Below, in pieces: positions 36,725 through 49,042 of a DNA stretch of 64,000 bases. A model generated the notes under the pieces. The model made no database searches. It saw only the letters and a program-made list of their open reading frames with translations, and was not told where the DNA came from. The stretch's first letter is position 1. Every line of letters begins with the position of its first letter. A program made the position numbers and the translations under genes. The stretch spans positions 9,424,001 through 9,488,000 of the forward strand of contig JANJGN010000023.1 of assembly GCA_026770705.1 (NCBI GenBank). The letters run 5' to 3'. The stretch is from Isurus oxyrinchus (taxonomy: Eukaryota).

Positions 36725-38213
36725 CTAATAAGACACTTGTTAGACCTCAGCTGGAATATTGTGTACAGTTCTGGGCACCACATTATAGGAAGGATGTGAA
36801 CATATTGGAGAGGGTGTAGAAGAGGTTTACAAGAATGATTCCAGGGATGAGAAACTTCAGCTATGAGGATAGATAGGAGAAGTTGGGGCTATTCTCCTTG
36901 GAGAGAACATAAAGATTGACTGGGTGGTTAACAGTGAGGTTGAGTGTCCTGGGCTACAGGAAGATATAGACAGGATGGTCAAATGGGCAGATAAGTGGTA
37001 GATGGAATTTAACCCTGAAAAGTGTGAGGTGATACACTTTGGAAGGAGTAATTTGACAAGGAATATTCATTGAACAGCATGACACTAGGAAGTTCTGAGG
37101 AACAAAGGGACCTTGGTGTGTGTGTCCATAGATCTCTGAAGGTGGAGGGGCATGTTAGTGGGGTGGTGCAAAAGGCATATGGGACACTTGCCTTTATCAA
37201 TCGAGGCATAGATTAAAAAATTAGGGAGGTCATGTTGAAGTTGTATAGAACTTTGGTGAGGCCACAGCTGGAGCACTATGTGCAATTCTGGTCGCCACAT
37301 TATAGGAAGAATATGATTACACTGGAGGGGGTGCAGAGGAGATTCACCAGGATGTTGCCTGGGGTAAAACATTTAAGTTATGAAGAGAGGTTGGATAGAT
37401 GTGGGTTGGTTTCGTTGGAGCAGAGAAGACTGAGGGGCGACCTGATTGAGGTGTACAAGATTATGAGGGGCATGGACAGGGTGGATAGGGAGCAGCTGTA
37501 CCCCTTAGTTGAAGGGTCAGTCACAAGGGGGTATAAGTTCAAGGTGAGGGGCAGGAGGTTTAGGGGGTGTGTGAGGAAAAGCTTTTTTACCCAGAGGGTG
37601 GTGACGGTCTGGAATGCGCTGCCTGGGAGGGTGGTGGAGGCGGGTTGCCTCACATCCTTTAAAAAGTACCTGGATGAGCACTTGGCACATCGTAACATTC
37701 AAGGCTATGGGGCCAAGTGCTGGTAAACGGGATTAGGTAGGTAGGTCAGATGGTTCTTACATGTCGGTGCAGACTCGATGGGCCAAAGGGCCTCTTCTGT
37801 ACTGTGTGATTCTGTGAGTAGAAGGCTGAGAGGAGATTTAATAAAGACATTCAAAATCATGAGGGGGCTGAACAGAGTAGATAGGGAGAAGCTGTTCCTG
37901 CTCATAAAAGGATCAAGAACGAGAGGGCACAGATTTAAAGTGATTCGCAAAAGAAGCAAATGTGACATGAGAAAAATCTTTTTCACACAGCGAGTAGTTC
38001 GGGTCCGGAATGCACTGCCTGGACATGTGGTGGAGGTAGGTTCAATCGAGGCATTCACGAGGGCGTGAGATGATTATTTGAATAGAAACAACGTGCAAAG
38101 GTAAGGGGAAAAGGCAGGGCAATGGCACTAGGTCATAATGCTTATTTGGAGAGCTGGTGCAGAAATGATGGGCTGAATGGCTTCCTTCTGTGCCATTAAA
38201 GTTCTGTGATTCT
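36725..38213 (+). mobile_element. Cluster of CR1 3' fragments (at least two subfamilies, probably nested)
   Basis: [20 protein letters not shown]...RRLRGDLIEVYKI...FFTQRVV. Two 3' tails (ctgtgtgattct ~37810, ctgtgattct ~38210). Confidence 0.85.
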
Positions 38214-38714
38214 GTCTGCACATTATATGCACCGGTCCCCTTCCAAAACCAATTGTTAAAATCAGCCCTCAATATTTCTTTGTGTCTGCGCAGCTGCAAT
38301 GTCAGCACTTTTCCTGCATTCTCATCAATAATTTCCTATTTACCTTACCAATCGCATTCCAAAAAAAAATCATTCAGCTGCCATGAGATCCCTCACCCAA
38401 GTCCAGAGGAAGGATTTGATTGTTTGATGGATTTTATTATATTAAGCGTTGTGAATTCTGAGGTGAGTGAATTGTGAAAACTCAAAGTCAGTTTATATCT
38501 TGAGAAATCCTAGTCTAGACCTGGACAAATCGATCACTTAATTTGCCAGGAGGCTCATGTACAACATCCTAGGCCTCATGGAGCCTGGCACTCAATTTAT
38601 GATGAGCAGGTACATAAAATTACTTAGAATTTACAGCACATAAACAAGTCATTCAACCCCATGGGTCTATGCCCACATTTTTGCACCACATTATTCGTGA
38701 GATGTATTTGCTGC

Positions 38715-39150
38715 AGTTCATGCTACTCTCACCTCTGGGTTCCTGGGTTTAAATCCCACTCCAAGACTTGAGTACAAAAAAAAAATCAAGGCTGACACTC
38801 CAGTACTGAGAGAGTGCGGCACTGTCAGAGGTGCTGTGAGATGTTCTGATGTGTTGCCTGACCTCTTGGATAGATGTCGAAAATCCCATGGTATCATTTC
38901 GAAGAAGAGCTTGGGAGTTATCCCTGGTGTCCTGGCCAATATTTATCCCTCATTCAACATCACAAAAACAGATTAACTGGCCATTGTCACATCGCTGTTT
39001 GTGGGATCTTGCTGTGTGCAAATTGTCTGCTGTGTTTCCTACATTATAACAGGGATCTCACTTCAAAAAGTAATTCATTGGCTGTACAGCACCTGGACAC
39101 ATCCAGTGGTCAACCAGGGGGTTATATAACTGCAAATCTTTGTTTTCTTT
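38715..39150 (+). mobile_element. Deu-domain SINE
   Basis: B-box-like gggtttaaatccc; core gtgtcctggccaatatttatccctca. Confidence 0.7.
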
Positions 39151-39294
39151 TTGCTTCTATCAACATAACCTTCTAATCCTTTCCCCTTCATATCTAGTTA
39201 CCACTTACTATAAATACCAGGCAACATGACAGGCATGATCACTGGCACACTGAAAAAATCTCAATATGTGACAGTATCGAAGTTATAAGTTGTA

Positions 39295-41330
39295 TTTTTA
39301 GAAACTCAGCAAATGTGTTTTCTGCACAGAAGTGATTTTACCTATCGTAAATTACCAGGGGCTTGATGCAAGGAGGAAAGTTTACATCTCCAGTTGCAGC
39401 TTCAGAATTTCAGTCCCAGGAAAACCCTGGACGATTCTTCCCGGTATTTATGAGCAATTAGAAAAGTCAAAAACAGTTTTTGGATTTGGTTTAAGCTTCT
39501 GTCCTTTGCCTTTCCTGACCACATGAGGGCAGCACAGCCCATGATATCTCCCCGCCTCGGCAGTGCTTTACAAAGTTATTGGAAAGGTTTATTTCTTTCG
39601 CTTTCTCTGCGGCCATAAGACTCACTGTCCACATGCACCCAGGGCAGGCAGTAATCCCCTAAACCTCTGCATTCACCACTCTTCAGGTTGCTGCTGGGCT
39701 ATGCATGGGGACTTACCCTTCCTTGACTCTATCCAAATTTCTTTCCCTATGAAGGAATCTAGGCTCTACAAAAGTAGGAGGCCAGTCAGTGCCTTGAGCC
39801 TGCTCCGCTATTCAATTAGATCTGCACCTCAACTCCGTTTACCCACCTTTGGTTCGTATCCCTCGATACCTAACAAAAATCTATCGATTTCAGTTTTGAA
39901 ATCTCCAGTTGACACACAAAGTCCACAGGGAGCTCCAGATTTCCACTGTCTCCAGACTCCCTTATGGGATGAGAAATTCGGATAAAGTCAGGCAAGGACC
40001 TAAGTCTGCATGCATAGCCTGGCAGCAACTTAAAGAGTGTTGCATGGAGAGGTTTGGGGATTACTGTCTGTCCTGGGTGCATGTGGATGGTGGGCCTCAT
40101 GGCTGCAGAGAAAGAGGAGTGGGAGAAACATTTTAGATAATGTTGGAAAGTACTGTTGTTATGATGTGGCAGATGATATGTGCCCAGGTGAACCAAATCC
40201 ACAAGGGAAGCTTGGCCATGCTATCACAACGGTTTTGCTTTATTACGAGAAGATTTGTGCACTGAATTCAGAAGTGATGAGTCCACTAACACTTATAGAG
40301 ATTTTAAAACTTAAATTAAAAACATTTAACAAAAGAAAAGAATACGTAAGATTAGTTACTTAATATTATAACAAATCTCAAAATTCCAAATTAACCTGAC
40401 TCCCAACTACACACCCCCTTTAAGGCAACAGTCCAAATAGATGTTAAATTTAAATAAGCAATCCAGCAAGGTTACCACAGCACCCACTCAACAGTGGAAC
40501 TCCAAAGGCTTTTAACACAACTTTAGCTACTGTAGCAACACTTCTTCTGCAAAAGTTGTTAGCACTTCTTCCAAGGAGAACCTTTCAAGGTTTTACTAGC
40601 CACGCCTACAAAGCCTTCCATCCTTTATATATATTTTATTCTCTTTATTGTGCAAACTCTCATTGATCTACATGTCTTTGGAAACTTACTTTTCCCATAA
40701 TATAAAAATCTTTAATGTTGTCAATAAAGCCTTTTTCCTTTTGGGAAAAATAATAACTTTGTCCTATTTATCTTGTTAGTTGTAAATATCCAACAATCCC
40801 TGTGAAAATCAAACAACTCCCCATTCATCTTAAAATGCAAATTTCATTCACACCTTATCTACTGGCCCTTATAATCTAGCTCACTCATTAGCATTTCAAA
40901 TACCCTTATTACTCCTGACTCTTCTGATAATTTCAACTTTGCAGTCTAACTGACTCTAATTCAGTTAAATCAACCACAGACAGAACCATCCACACTCACA
41001 TCCATAAGCCTACAATAATATTATGAAAAATATGATAGTTTTGTGACCCTGCAGAATGGGGGTGGGGAGGGGAACGTGGGGTGTGCTGCCCTCATGTGGT
41101 CAGGGACAGCAAAGCAATGAAGTTTAAACCAAATCCAAAAACTGTTTTTGACTTTTCTAAGCGTTCATAGTTACCAGGAAGAATCATCTACTGTTTTCCT
41201 GGGACAGAAATAGATTAACTTTGAAGCTATTCACTGCAGCTATAAACTCTTATCCTTGCATTAAGCCCCTGGCCACTCAGATGAGGTAAATCACTTTTTG
41301 ACCGTCCGAAATGTGCTGCTAAATTCCCTG
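39295..41330. mobile_element. Old DNA transposon with ~250-bp inverted arms (39295-39540 and 41080-41330)
   Basis: ttagaaaagtcaaaaacagtttttggatttggttt...ctgaccacatgagggcagcac is inverted at 41082-41160; similarity extends outward on both arms. Confidence 0.7.
40157..41048. mobile_element. Probable solo LTR inside the inverted-arm element
   Basis: Starts TGTTATG; AT-rich body ~0.9 kb, ending near gtgac; no coding signal. Family not identified. Confidence 0.4.
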
Positions 41331-41469
41331 GCTCTAATTTTAAGATTTCTGCCCTCCACCATGTCCACTCTATTAAAACTTTTTTTTTTAACCATTTGAA
41401 GTGACTTGATCAATCATCCTTCCATCCTGTGAACTTGGCAAAACCAGTCAAGTTGATGCAACCTCTCCT

Positions 41470-41915
41470 TGCTGGTTGTGGTAATACCCCTTCCTCTGAC
41501 GCAGAAAGCTGAGTTTAAGTCCCACTGCAGCCACTCGAACACGTAATCTAGGCTGACGTTCACTGAGGGAGTGCTGCATTGTCAGAGGAGCTGCTTTTCA
41601 GATGAGGTCTGAAGCCAAAGCCCTCCCCATTTTTTGTGGTGGGTAGGAAAGATCCCCAGCATTATTTTGAAGAAGAGCAGGGTGTTTACCGTGATGTCCT
41701 CAGTCGATATTTATCCATTAACTAACGTCATTAAAACAGATGATCTGGTCATTACCATGTTGCTGTCTGTGGGAGCTTGCTGTGCGCAAATTGGCTACTG
41801 TGTTTCCTACGTTACAACAGTGACTGCATTCCAAAAATACTTAATTGATTATAAAGTGATTTGGCATATCCTGAGGTGGTGAAAGGCGCTACATAAATGT
41901 GAGTCTTTCTTCTTG
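41470..41915 (+). mobile_element. Deu-domain SINE
   Basis: Core gggagcttgctgtgcgcaaattggct and tail gaaaggcgctacataaatg. Confidence 0.7.
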
Positions 41916-42147
41916 TTCTTGATTTCACCGACCAGAGGAAATCATTTCTCTCCAACTACCCTATCGAAGCTCTTTGACATTGTGAGCATTTTGATCAGAT
42001 TACCCAACCATCGTCTAACGTCAAGGGGAAGTGAATGGCAGCTGTCCAGATAATTAACCCTTTAAGCCTTGGTATCATTATGCCCTGATCTAGCAATACA
42101 TTCACTGCTCCCCACTTAAACCCTGCTGCCAATAAATTATTGACCTT

Positions 42148-42346
42148 GTCCCACCCACCGCCCCTCCCCCACTTAAACCAGCTTATATTTCACCTCTCTT
42201 CTATTTTTACTTAGTTCTGTTGAAGTGTCATTTGGACTCGAAACGCTAACTGTGTTCCTCTCTGCAGATGCTGTCAGACCTGCTGAGTTTTTCCAGCTAT
42301 TTTTGTTTTAGTTTTGGATTTCCAGCATCTGCAGTTTCTTTGCTTT
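42148..42346 (+). mobile_element. Penelope 3'-terminal fragment
   Basis: Terminus with hammerhead-like motif; TSD taaattattgacct on both sides. Confidence 0.8.
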
Positions 42347-42859
42347 TAAATTATTGACCTATTGGCTTTCGTACACTGGCGATAGCTCCCATTCAATGCA
42401 CCATGAACTATTTACATTGACAGAATGTTCCACCAGGCAAGTTTGTCAGCAGAAAGCTCCAAAAGGCAACACTTTTTCCACAGATGTTTACTAACACGGG
42501 GAGAAACATCTGCTGAGTGATTTCTCTGAATAAAATTGCAACCATGTGCTTTCTAAGAATGCTTTTATCATTGCTTTAGAAATAGACCTGACGGAATATT
42601 CCCGTGTGCCTTGTTCCTGTTCCAACGTTCACTTTCCTTCGCTGTGATTTCTCCCTTTCCCGTGGGAGAAAGCCCCACCATGGTAATGTGGAATTTCTTT
42701 TTTCTCCCCGTGTTGAAATACAGAGGCGACCCATTTCTGGAAGCAGCTTCCATCGTCCTCATGATGCTTCACACCTGATGAATTGCTTTTGAAGCCTAAC
42801 ATCGATAAGTTTAGGAAAGGACAAACCACCCCCCCCCCCCACCCCCCCCATCTCCCCCA

Positions 42860-42897
<38 letters not shown>

Positions 42898-43414
42898 TGT
42901 GCACAAAATCACACACACACAGCAGCGTGGTAAAGGGCCAATTAATCTGCTTTTGCTTGTGTGGGTTGACAGATAAATGTTGGCCAGGACAGTACTGCTG
43001 TTCCTCAAAATAGTGTCATGGTACCTTTTAGGCTTCACCTTGATAGACAAATGGATTTAGTTTAATTTTCTGAGCTGGATTTAGCAGCATGAAATCTAGA
43101 AGCCAGCCACAAACGCCAGGTTATTGGAATCTTGAGTTAAAACAGTGCCAAGATATAAAGAGCTTTGAATATGCTTCATCAAGAACTGAACATGCAGAAA
43201 AAAGGCTTTCTCTGATTGATTGAGCGCTTCCATTAACCCAACAGGGAAGACAGCAGCAACATTTCCAGTGGCCTCGATTCATGGTGATTATCATAAATGT
43301 GAAAACAAAAATATATTTACACCAAATGGCAAAGTAAAGCTGCCCCAGAAGACATTGCAGTCTCAAGGCTGCTCATTAATACATGCTTTCCTGAATTTTA
43401 AAGCATTATTGCAA

Positions 43415-43712
43415 GCTGTGTGTGGTGTGCTGTGCATGCATGTGTATAACTGGTGTCTGTGGATGTATATATCTGTACTTCTGTATGTGCAGGCTTGTGT
43501 GCCTCTGTATGTGTACATGTACACACTTACATGTGTGTATGTATCTATGTGTGTGTGTGTTTGTGGGCATCTGTGTGTTTGCATGTATGTATGCATTTGT
43601 ACGTAAGTGTGAATGATTGAATGTTTATGCTTGTATGTGCATGTATATGTGTGTGCTGTGTGTATGTGTTGTGTGTGTGTAAATGTTGTGCATATGTGTG
43701 TGATGTGTACAT
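43415..43712 (+). repeat. Degenerate (TG)n/(TGTA)n simple repeat running into the gap
   Basis: Directly visible. Confidence 0.9.
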
Positions 43713-43956
43713 NNNNNNNNNNNNNNNNNNNNNNNNNNNNNNNNNNNNNNNNNNNNNNNNNNNNNNNNNNNNNNNNNNNNNNNNNNNNNNNNNNNNNNNN
43801 NNNNNNNNNNNNNNNNNNNNNNNNNNNNNNNNNNNNNNNNNNNNNNNNNNNNNNNNNNNNNNNNNNNNNNNNNNNNNNNNNNNNNNNNNNNNNNNNNNNN
43901 NNNNNNNNNNNNNNNNNNNNNNNNNNNNNNNNNNNNNNNNNNNNNNNNNNNNNNNN
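43713..43956. other. Assembly gap (244 N)
   Basis: Run of N. Confidence 0.99.
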
Positions 43957-44280
43957 ACTCTGGTGACATTACACTGCTTTGGTTATTTCCTGTATCCTGT
44001 TTATCTACCAGTTTCTTATCCAGCGCCATGTTCTACCTGAGATTTTTGTGGCACCTGATGTTTTAAATAATCTCATCTTTACCTGACTGTATGCATCACA
44101 GCTTCAATTTTACAGGCTTCTCCTCCGGATGGCATTAAGAAAAGGTATCTGTCTGTGAATCAACAACAGGAAATGAAACCGATTTTCCAACTGATTGTGA
44201 GAAGATGGCACACAGACATCAAAGAGGTCAGCTTGCTTCATCTGGTAAGAAATAAGAAAAAAAACTTGCATTTATATAAT

Positions 44281-45064
44281 TTATATGTGGTCTCCTCTAC
44301 ATTGGAGAGACCAAACGTAAACTGGACGACCGCTTTGCAGAACACCTGCGGTCTGTCCGCAAGAATGACCCAAACCTCCCTGTCACTTGCCATTTTAACA
44401 CTCCACCCTGCTCTCTTGCCCACATGTCTGTCCTTGGCTTGCTGCATTGTTCCAGTGAAGCCCAACGCAAACTGGAGGAACAACAGCTCACCTTCCGACT
44501 AGGCACCTTACAGCCTTCCGGACTGAATATTGAATTCAACAACTTTAGGTCGTGAGCTCCCTCCCCCATCCCCACCCCCTTTCTGTTTCCCCCTTCCTTT
44601 TTTTTCCAATAAATTATAAAGATTTTCCTTTTCCCACCTATTTCCATTATATAAAAAAAAACACCCCCACTAGAGCTATACCTTGAGTGCCCTACCATCC
44701 ATTCTTAATTAGCACATTCATTTAGATAATATCACCAACTTTAACTTTAACACCTATGTGTTCTTTTGTACCATTGTCACTGACATCTTTTGATGATCTG
44801 CTTCTATCACTGCTTGTTTGTCCACACAACCACACCCCCAAACCCCCACCCCCCAACCCCCCCCCCCCCCCCCAACCTCTCTCTCTCTCTCTCTATCTCT
44901 CCGCCCCCCACACATACACCTTAAACCAGCTTATATTTCAACTTTTTCTTGGACTCGAACTAAAGTTCTGTTGAAGGGTCATGAGGACTCGAAACGTCAA
45001 CTCTTTTCTTCTCCGCCGATGCTGCCAGTCCTGCTGAGTTTTTCCAGGTAATTCTGTTTTTGTT
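44281..45064 (+). mobile_element. 5'-truncated Penelope copy (GIY-YIG end plus terminus) inserted in the tail of a Deu SINE (45065-45445, minus)
   Basis: CGLLYIGETKRKL...GLNIEFNNFRS*; TSD ttgcatttatataa. Confidence 0.88.
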
Positions 45065-46689
45065 TTGCATTTATATAACGCCTTTCATGACTACTAAAGT
45101 GCTTTACAGACAATAAAGTGTAGTCACTGCTGCAATGTAGGAAATACTGCAGCTAGTTTGTACAAAGCAAGCTCCCACAAACAGCAATATGATAATGACC
45201 AGATAACCTGTTTTCTTCTTGTGAGGTTGATTGAGGGATAAATATTGGCCAGGACACCAGGGAAAACTCTCCTGCTCTTCTTCAAAATAGGGCTGTTGGA
45301 TCTCTTAGACCTACCTGAGAGGACAAATGGGGCCCGTGGTTTTAATGTCTTACCCGAAATAGGGCATATTTCAAATAAGAAATACTCTGACAGTGCAGTA
45401 CTCCCTCAGTACCGCACTGGAGTGTTAGGCTAGACTTTATGCTTAAATGCCACAGTTCTGACCAACTATCCATTTTTCAGTCTGTCTATCTTCCCTTCTA
45501 CCAGCTTGGGTTGATAAAAAGGCTGTGTCTGGTGAGGCTGCAATTCCCACACACACATAGTTGCAGTGCCTGTGGCATCGAAACCAGTGACATCCTTGGC
45601 AGCTTCCTGCATTAAAGATGGTGCGGACCTAGAAAAAACAGAGAGAGGAGGAGGGAGGGAGCAGAGTTAGAAAGCAAGACGCTGAGTCCCCAGGGTGGGT
45701 GAGACAGAGCCCAGCAGACCATGGCCGGCAGCGGCTGGAGACCAGAGCACCTCTGGTCCTTCGAGCCTGACCATTCATGGAGCACGGAGCATCAGGACTA
45801 CATTACCTGCTCTGTTCCTCTTTCCTCCCCAACCCACAACCCCCACAGCTATGTAACCTCTTTGGACAGCCCAAATAAATCGGGGTCAAAATCTGGAAAA
45901 TACCCCTTCCCCATTCCCCTCAGGTGATTGAAACTAGTCCAGGACTTCAGTTTGGAATAGATTGCAGAAAGAAACGGCCTTTTCTTGAGGAATGAGATTT
46001 GCTGTAAAGTATCGAGGCAGTGCAACAGAGGGGAAGACGTGAGGAGTTTCTGACCGTGTTAGGGGAGGGTATGGGTACAGAGGGATGAGCTGGGATTTGG
46101 CAGACCGCTTTGAAGAATTGATAACCAGAGGGCACAGATTTGATTGACACTGGGGAAAGACAATCATAGAAGAGTACGCCACAGAAAGAGGCCAATCGAT
46201 CCATTTAGTCTCTGTTGGCTCTTTAAAATAACAACCCAATTAGTCCCAATCCCCCACTCCTTCACCATATCCCTGTAACCATATTTTTCCTTCAAGTATT
46301 TATTCAATTCCTTTTTTTGAAGACTATTATTAAATCTGTAGCCATCAGCTTACCAGGCAGAACGTTCTAAATCCTAACCACTTGTTGCATAAAGAAATTT
46401 GTCCTCATGTCACTTCTGGTTCTTTTGTTAATGATATTAAATTTACACACGCTGGTTATTGACCCTTCACCCACTGGAAACTATTTCTCTTTATTTACCC
46501 TGTCTAAGTCCTTCATAATTTTGAACAAAATCTCTGAAGTCTCCTCTGAGCCTTCTTTGGCCTCAGGAGAATGCCAGTCTCTCTGCAATCGGAGAATGTA
46601 TCTTGTAAGGTCACACATTGGACCCTGGTACAATTTTGCAATACTGATAAATAGAATGCGCACTGCACATTAGTCTCAGGTGCTAAGTG

Positions 46690-47352
46690 AACAAATGAAC
46701 ATACGAACATGTGAATTAGGAGCAGGAGTAGGCCCTCGAGCCATTCGATAAGATCATGGCTGATCTGACTGTAACCTCTCACCTATACCCGATAACCTTT
46801 CACACCCCCTTGCTTATCAAGAATCTATCTACCTCTGCCTTAAAAATATTCAGACTCTGCTTCCACCGCCTTTTGAGGAAGAGAGTTCCAAAGACTCACG
46901 AACCTCTGAGAGAAAGAAATTCTCCTCATCTCTGTTTTAAATGGGCGACCCCTTATTTTTAAACAGTGACCCCTAGTTCTAGATTCTCCCAAGAGGAAAC
47001 ATCCTCTATACATTCACCCTGTCAAGACCCCTCAGGATCTTATTTGTTTCAACCAAGTCGCCTCTTATTCTTGTAAACTCCAGCGGATACAAACCCAGCC
47101 TGTCCAACCTTTCCTTATAAGTCACCCTCCCCATTCCAGGTATTAGTCTGGTATTAGTCTAGTTCAGTTCTCTGAACTGCTTCTAACATAGTTACATCCT
47201 TCCATAAATAAGGAGAGCAAAACTGAACACAGTACTCCAGATGTGGTCTCACCAGCGTCCTGTACAACTGAAGCATAACCTCCCTATTTTTATATTCAAT
47301 TCCCGTCGCAACAAATGATAACATTCTGTTAGCTTTCCGAATTACTTGCTGT
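46690..47352 (-). mobile_element. CR1 3' end
   Basis: Reverse complement of CR1 ORF2 C-terminus and tail (gaacatacgaacat...aggagcaggagtaggcc); an older CR1 piece lies at ~46190-46550. Confidence 0.8.
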
Positions 47353-47459
47353 AAACGGCTTAACTTACAGTCTTAAAGGGACCACTGATAGCCGCTCAGA
47401 AAACAGCTCAGGTAAAGTCTTGTAAAATAGATTTCTGTGGGCAAACGAATGCTCCTATT

Positions 47460-47826
47460 TGTGTCTCAGTGGGTAGCACGTGGGCCTCTGAGTCATAAGG
47501 TTGTGTGTTCAAGTCCTTCTCCAGGAACACGAGCACGTAATCGAGACTGACACTACTGAGGAAGTGCTACACCATTCGAAGATTCAGCTTTTGAAATGTG
47601 AAACGAGGTCCCTTTCTGATGTCTTCGGTGGAAGCGAAAGATCCATGGCCACTATTTCAAGAACAAGCCTGGGAGTTCCAGCAGCCTCTTGGTCAATATT
47701 TATCCCTCAACTACATCGCTAAAAACAGTGATTATCCAGTCCTTATCACATTGCTGTCTTTGGGAGCTTGCTGTGCACAAATTGGCTGCTGCATTTGCAA
47801 CGTTATAACAATGACTGCACTTCAAA
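47460..47826 (+). mobile_element. Deu-domain SINE
   Basis: tRNA-like head (tctcagtgggtagc...gttcaagtcc) and Deu core. Confidence 0.7.
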
Positions 47827-47829
47827 CCA

Positions 47830-48152
47830 GAATGAGTAATAATGGTAAAAAGTCAAAGCTTAAGGCTCTTTATCTGAACGCACACAGCATTTGTAACAAG
47901 ATAGATGAGTTGATGGCACAGATGGAAATAAATGACTATGACTTGATAGCTATTACAGAGATATGGTTGGAGGGTGACCAGGACTGGGAACTCAATATTC
48001 AAGGTCATTTGACATTCTAGAAAAATAGACAAAAAGGAAAAAAAGGTGGTAGTGAATAGTGATATAGGTGCAATAGATTGCGATGTGGAATCAGTTTGGG
48101 TGGAAATCAAGAATAGCAAGAGGAAGAAGTCATGGGTGGGAGTTATCTCTAG
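47830..48152 (+). mobile_element. CR1 ORF2 endonuclease N-terminal fragment
   Basis: LKALYLNAHSICNKIDEL...YDLIAITEIWL...WELNIQG, as at 25013. Confidence 0.8.
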
Positions 48153-49042
48153 GCCCCCCGCCCCATTTCAATTTTCAGGAAGGTGGGGGCTCAGCAGAAT
48201 CAGCTGTGCGCCCTCCCACTTGTCATTGGCCAATTGAGGCCATTGACAAAGTAATTAACGTAAGTAATGGACCTGCCTGTCCAACCTTAAGGCTGATGGG
48301 CAGGCCGGGAACCCTGGTGGGCATTAGAAAAAGCATCAAACCTCATCCACGGGCGGGATGAGGTTTCATGTAAGTTTGAAAAAATTTATTAAAAGTGTAA
48401 CTAAAAGTGATGGATGTGTGACAGTGTCACATGAGGGGGCATGTCAGGGAAAATTTTTTTCTGTTCTTAACATTTTTTTAATGTGGAGCCAATCTCCCTG
48501 AGGCAGCACTTAGCCCCAGACAGATGAGTCACTCTTTCGTGTGCATGCGTAAAGAACGCTTCCGTCTCCCTGAGCCTCGGGGCTGCCTGAGGGAGATTGA
48601 AGTGTGTTTTTAAAGGAATAAATAAATACGTTAAAAATTTAATGAAACATGTCCCCTCATATGACTGTGTCACATGAGATGGGGACACGTTTTTATATTT
48701 CAAAGGATGTTTTTATTTAATTTGTAAAAGCTTTAGGAAACCTCATCCCGCTGGTGGATGAGGTTTCCTAAAAGACGTAAAGGCCGCTTGGCCTTTTTCA
48801 CCTGCCCGACAACGGTAAGGTTGGAAGGGCAGCGTAAAATCCGGGTTAATTACCTGGTTAATGGGCCTAACAGGCCTATCAACTATTGGCAGGCGCGCAG
48901 CTGACTCCGGTGTACGCCCTCTGAACGAAACATCGCGAGACTTCGTGATGACGTCGGGACATGCGCCTGATGTCATCGCGCGTCATTTAACGTTCCGGCG
49001 TGTTGGAGGTGTGCCAGCACACCGAATGGAAAATTCTGCCCT
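48153..49042. mobile_element. Harbinger-type MITE with foldback architecture
   Basis: Right TIR aaaattctgccc followed by TTA; two inverted copies of the internal module seen once in 35372-35921. Confidence 0.7.

Noticed and set aside
43613-44040. ORFs spanning X runs
   Set aside because: Artefacts of the N gap and TG repeat.
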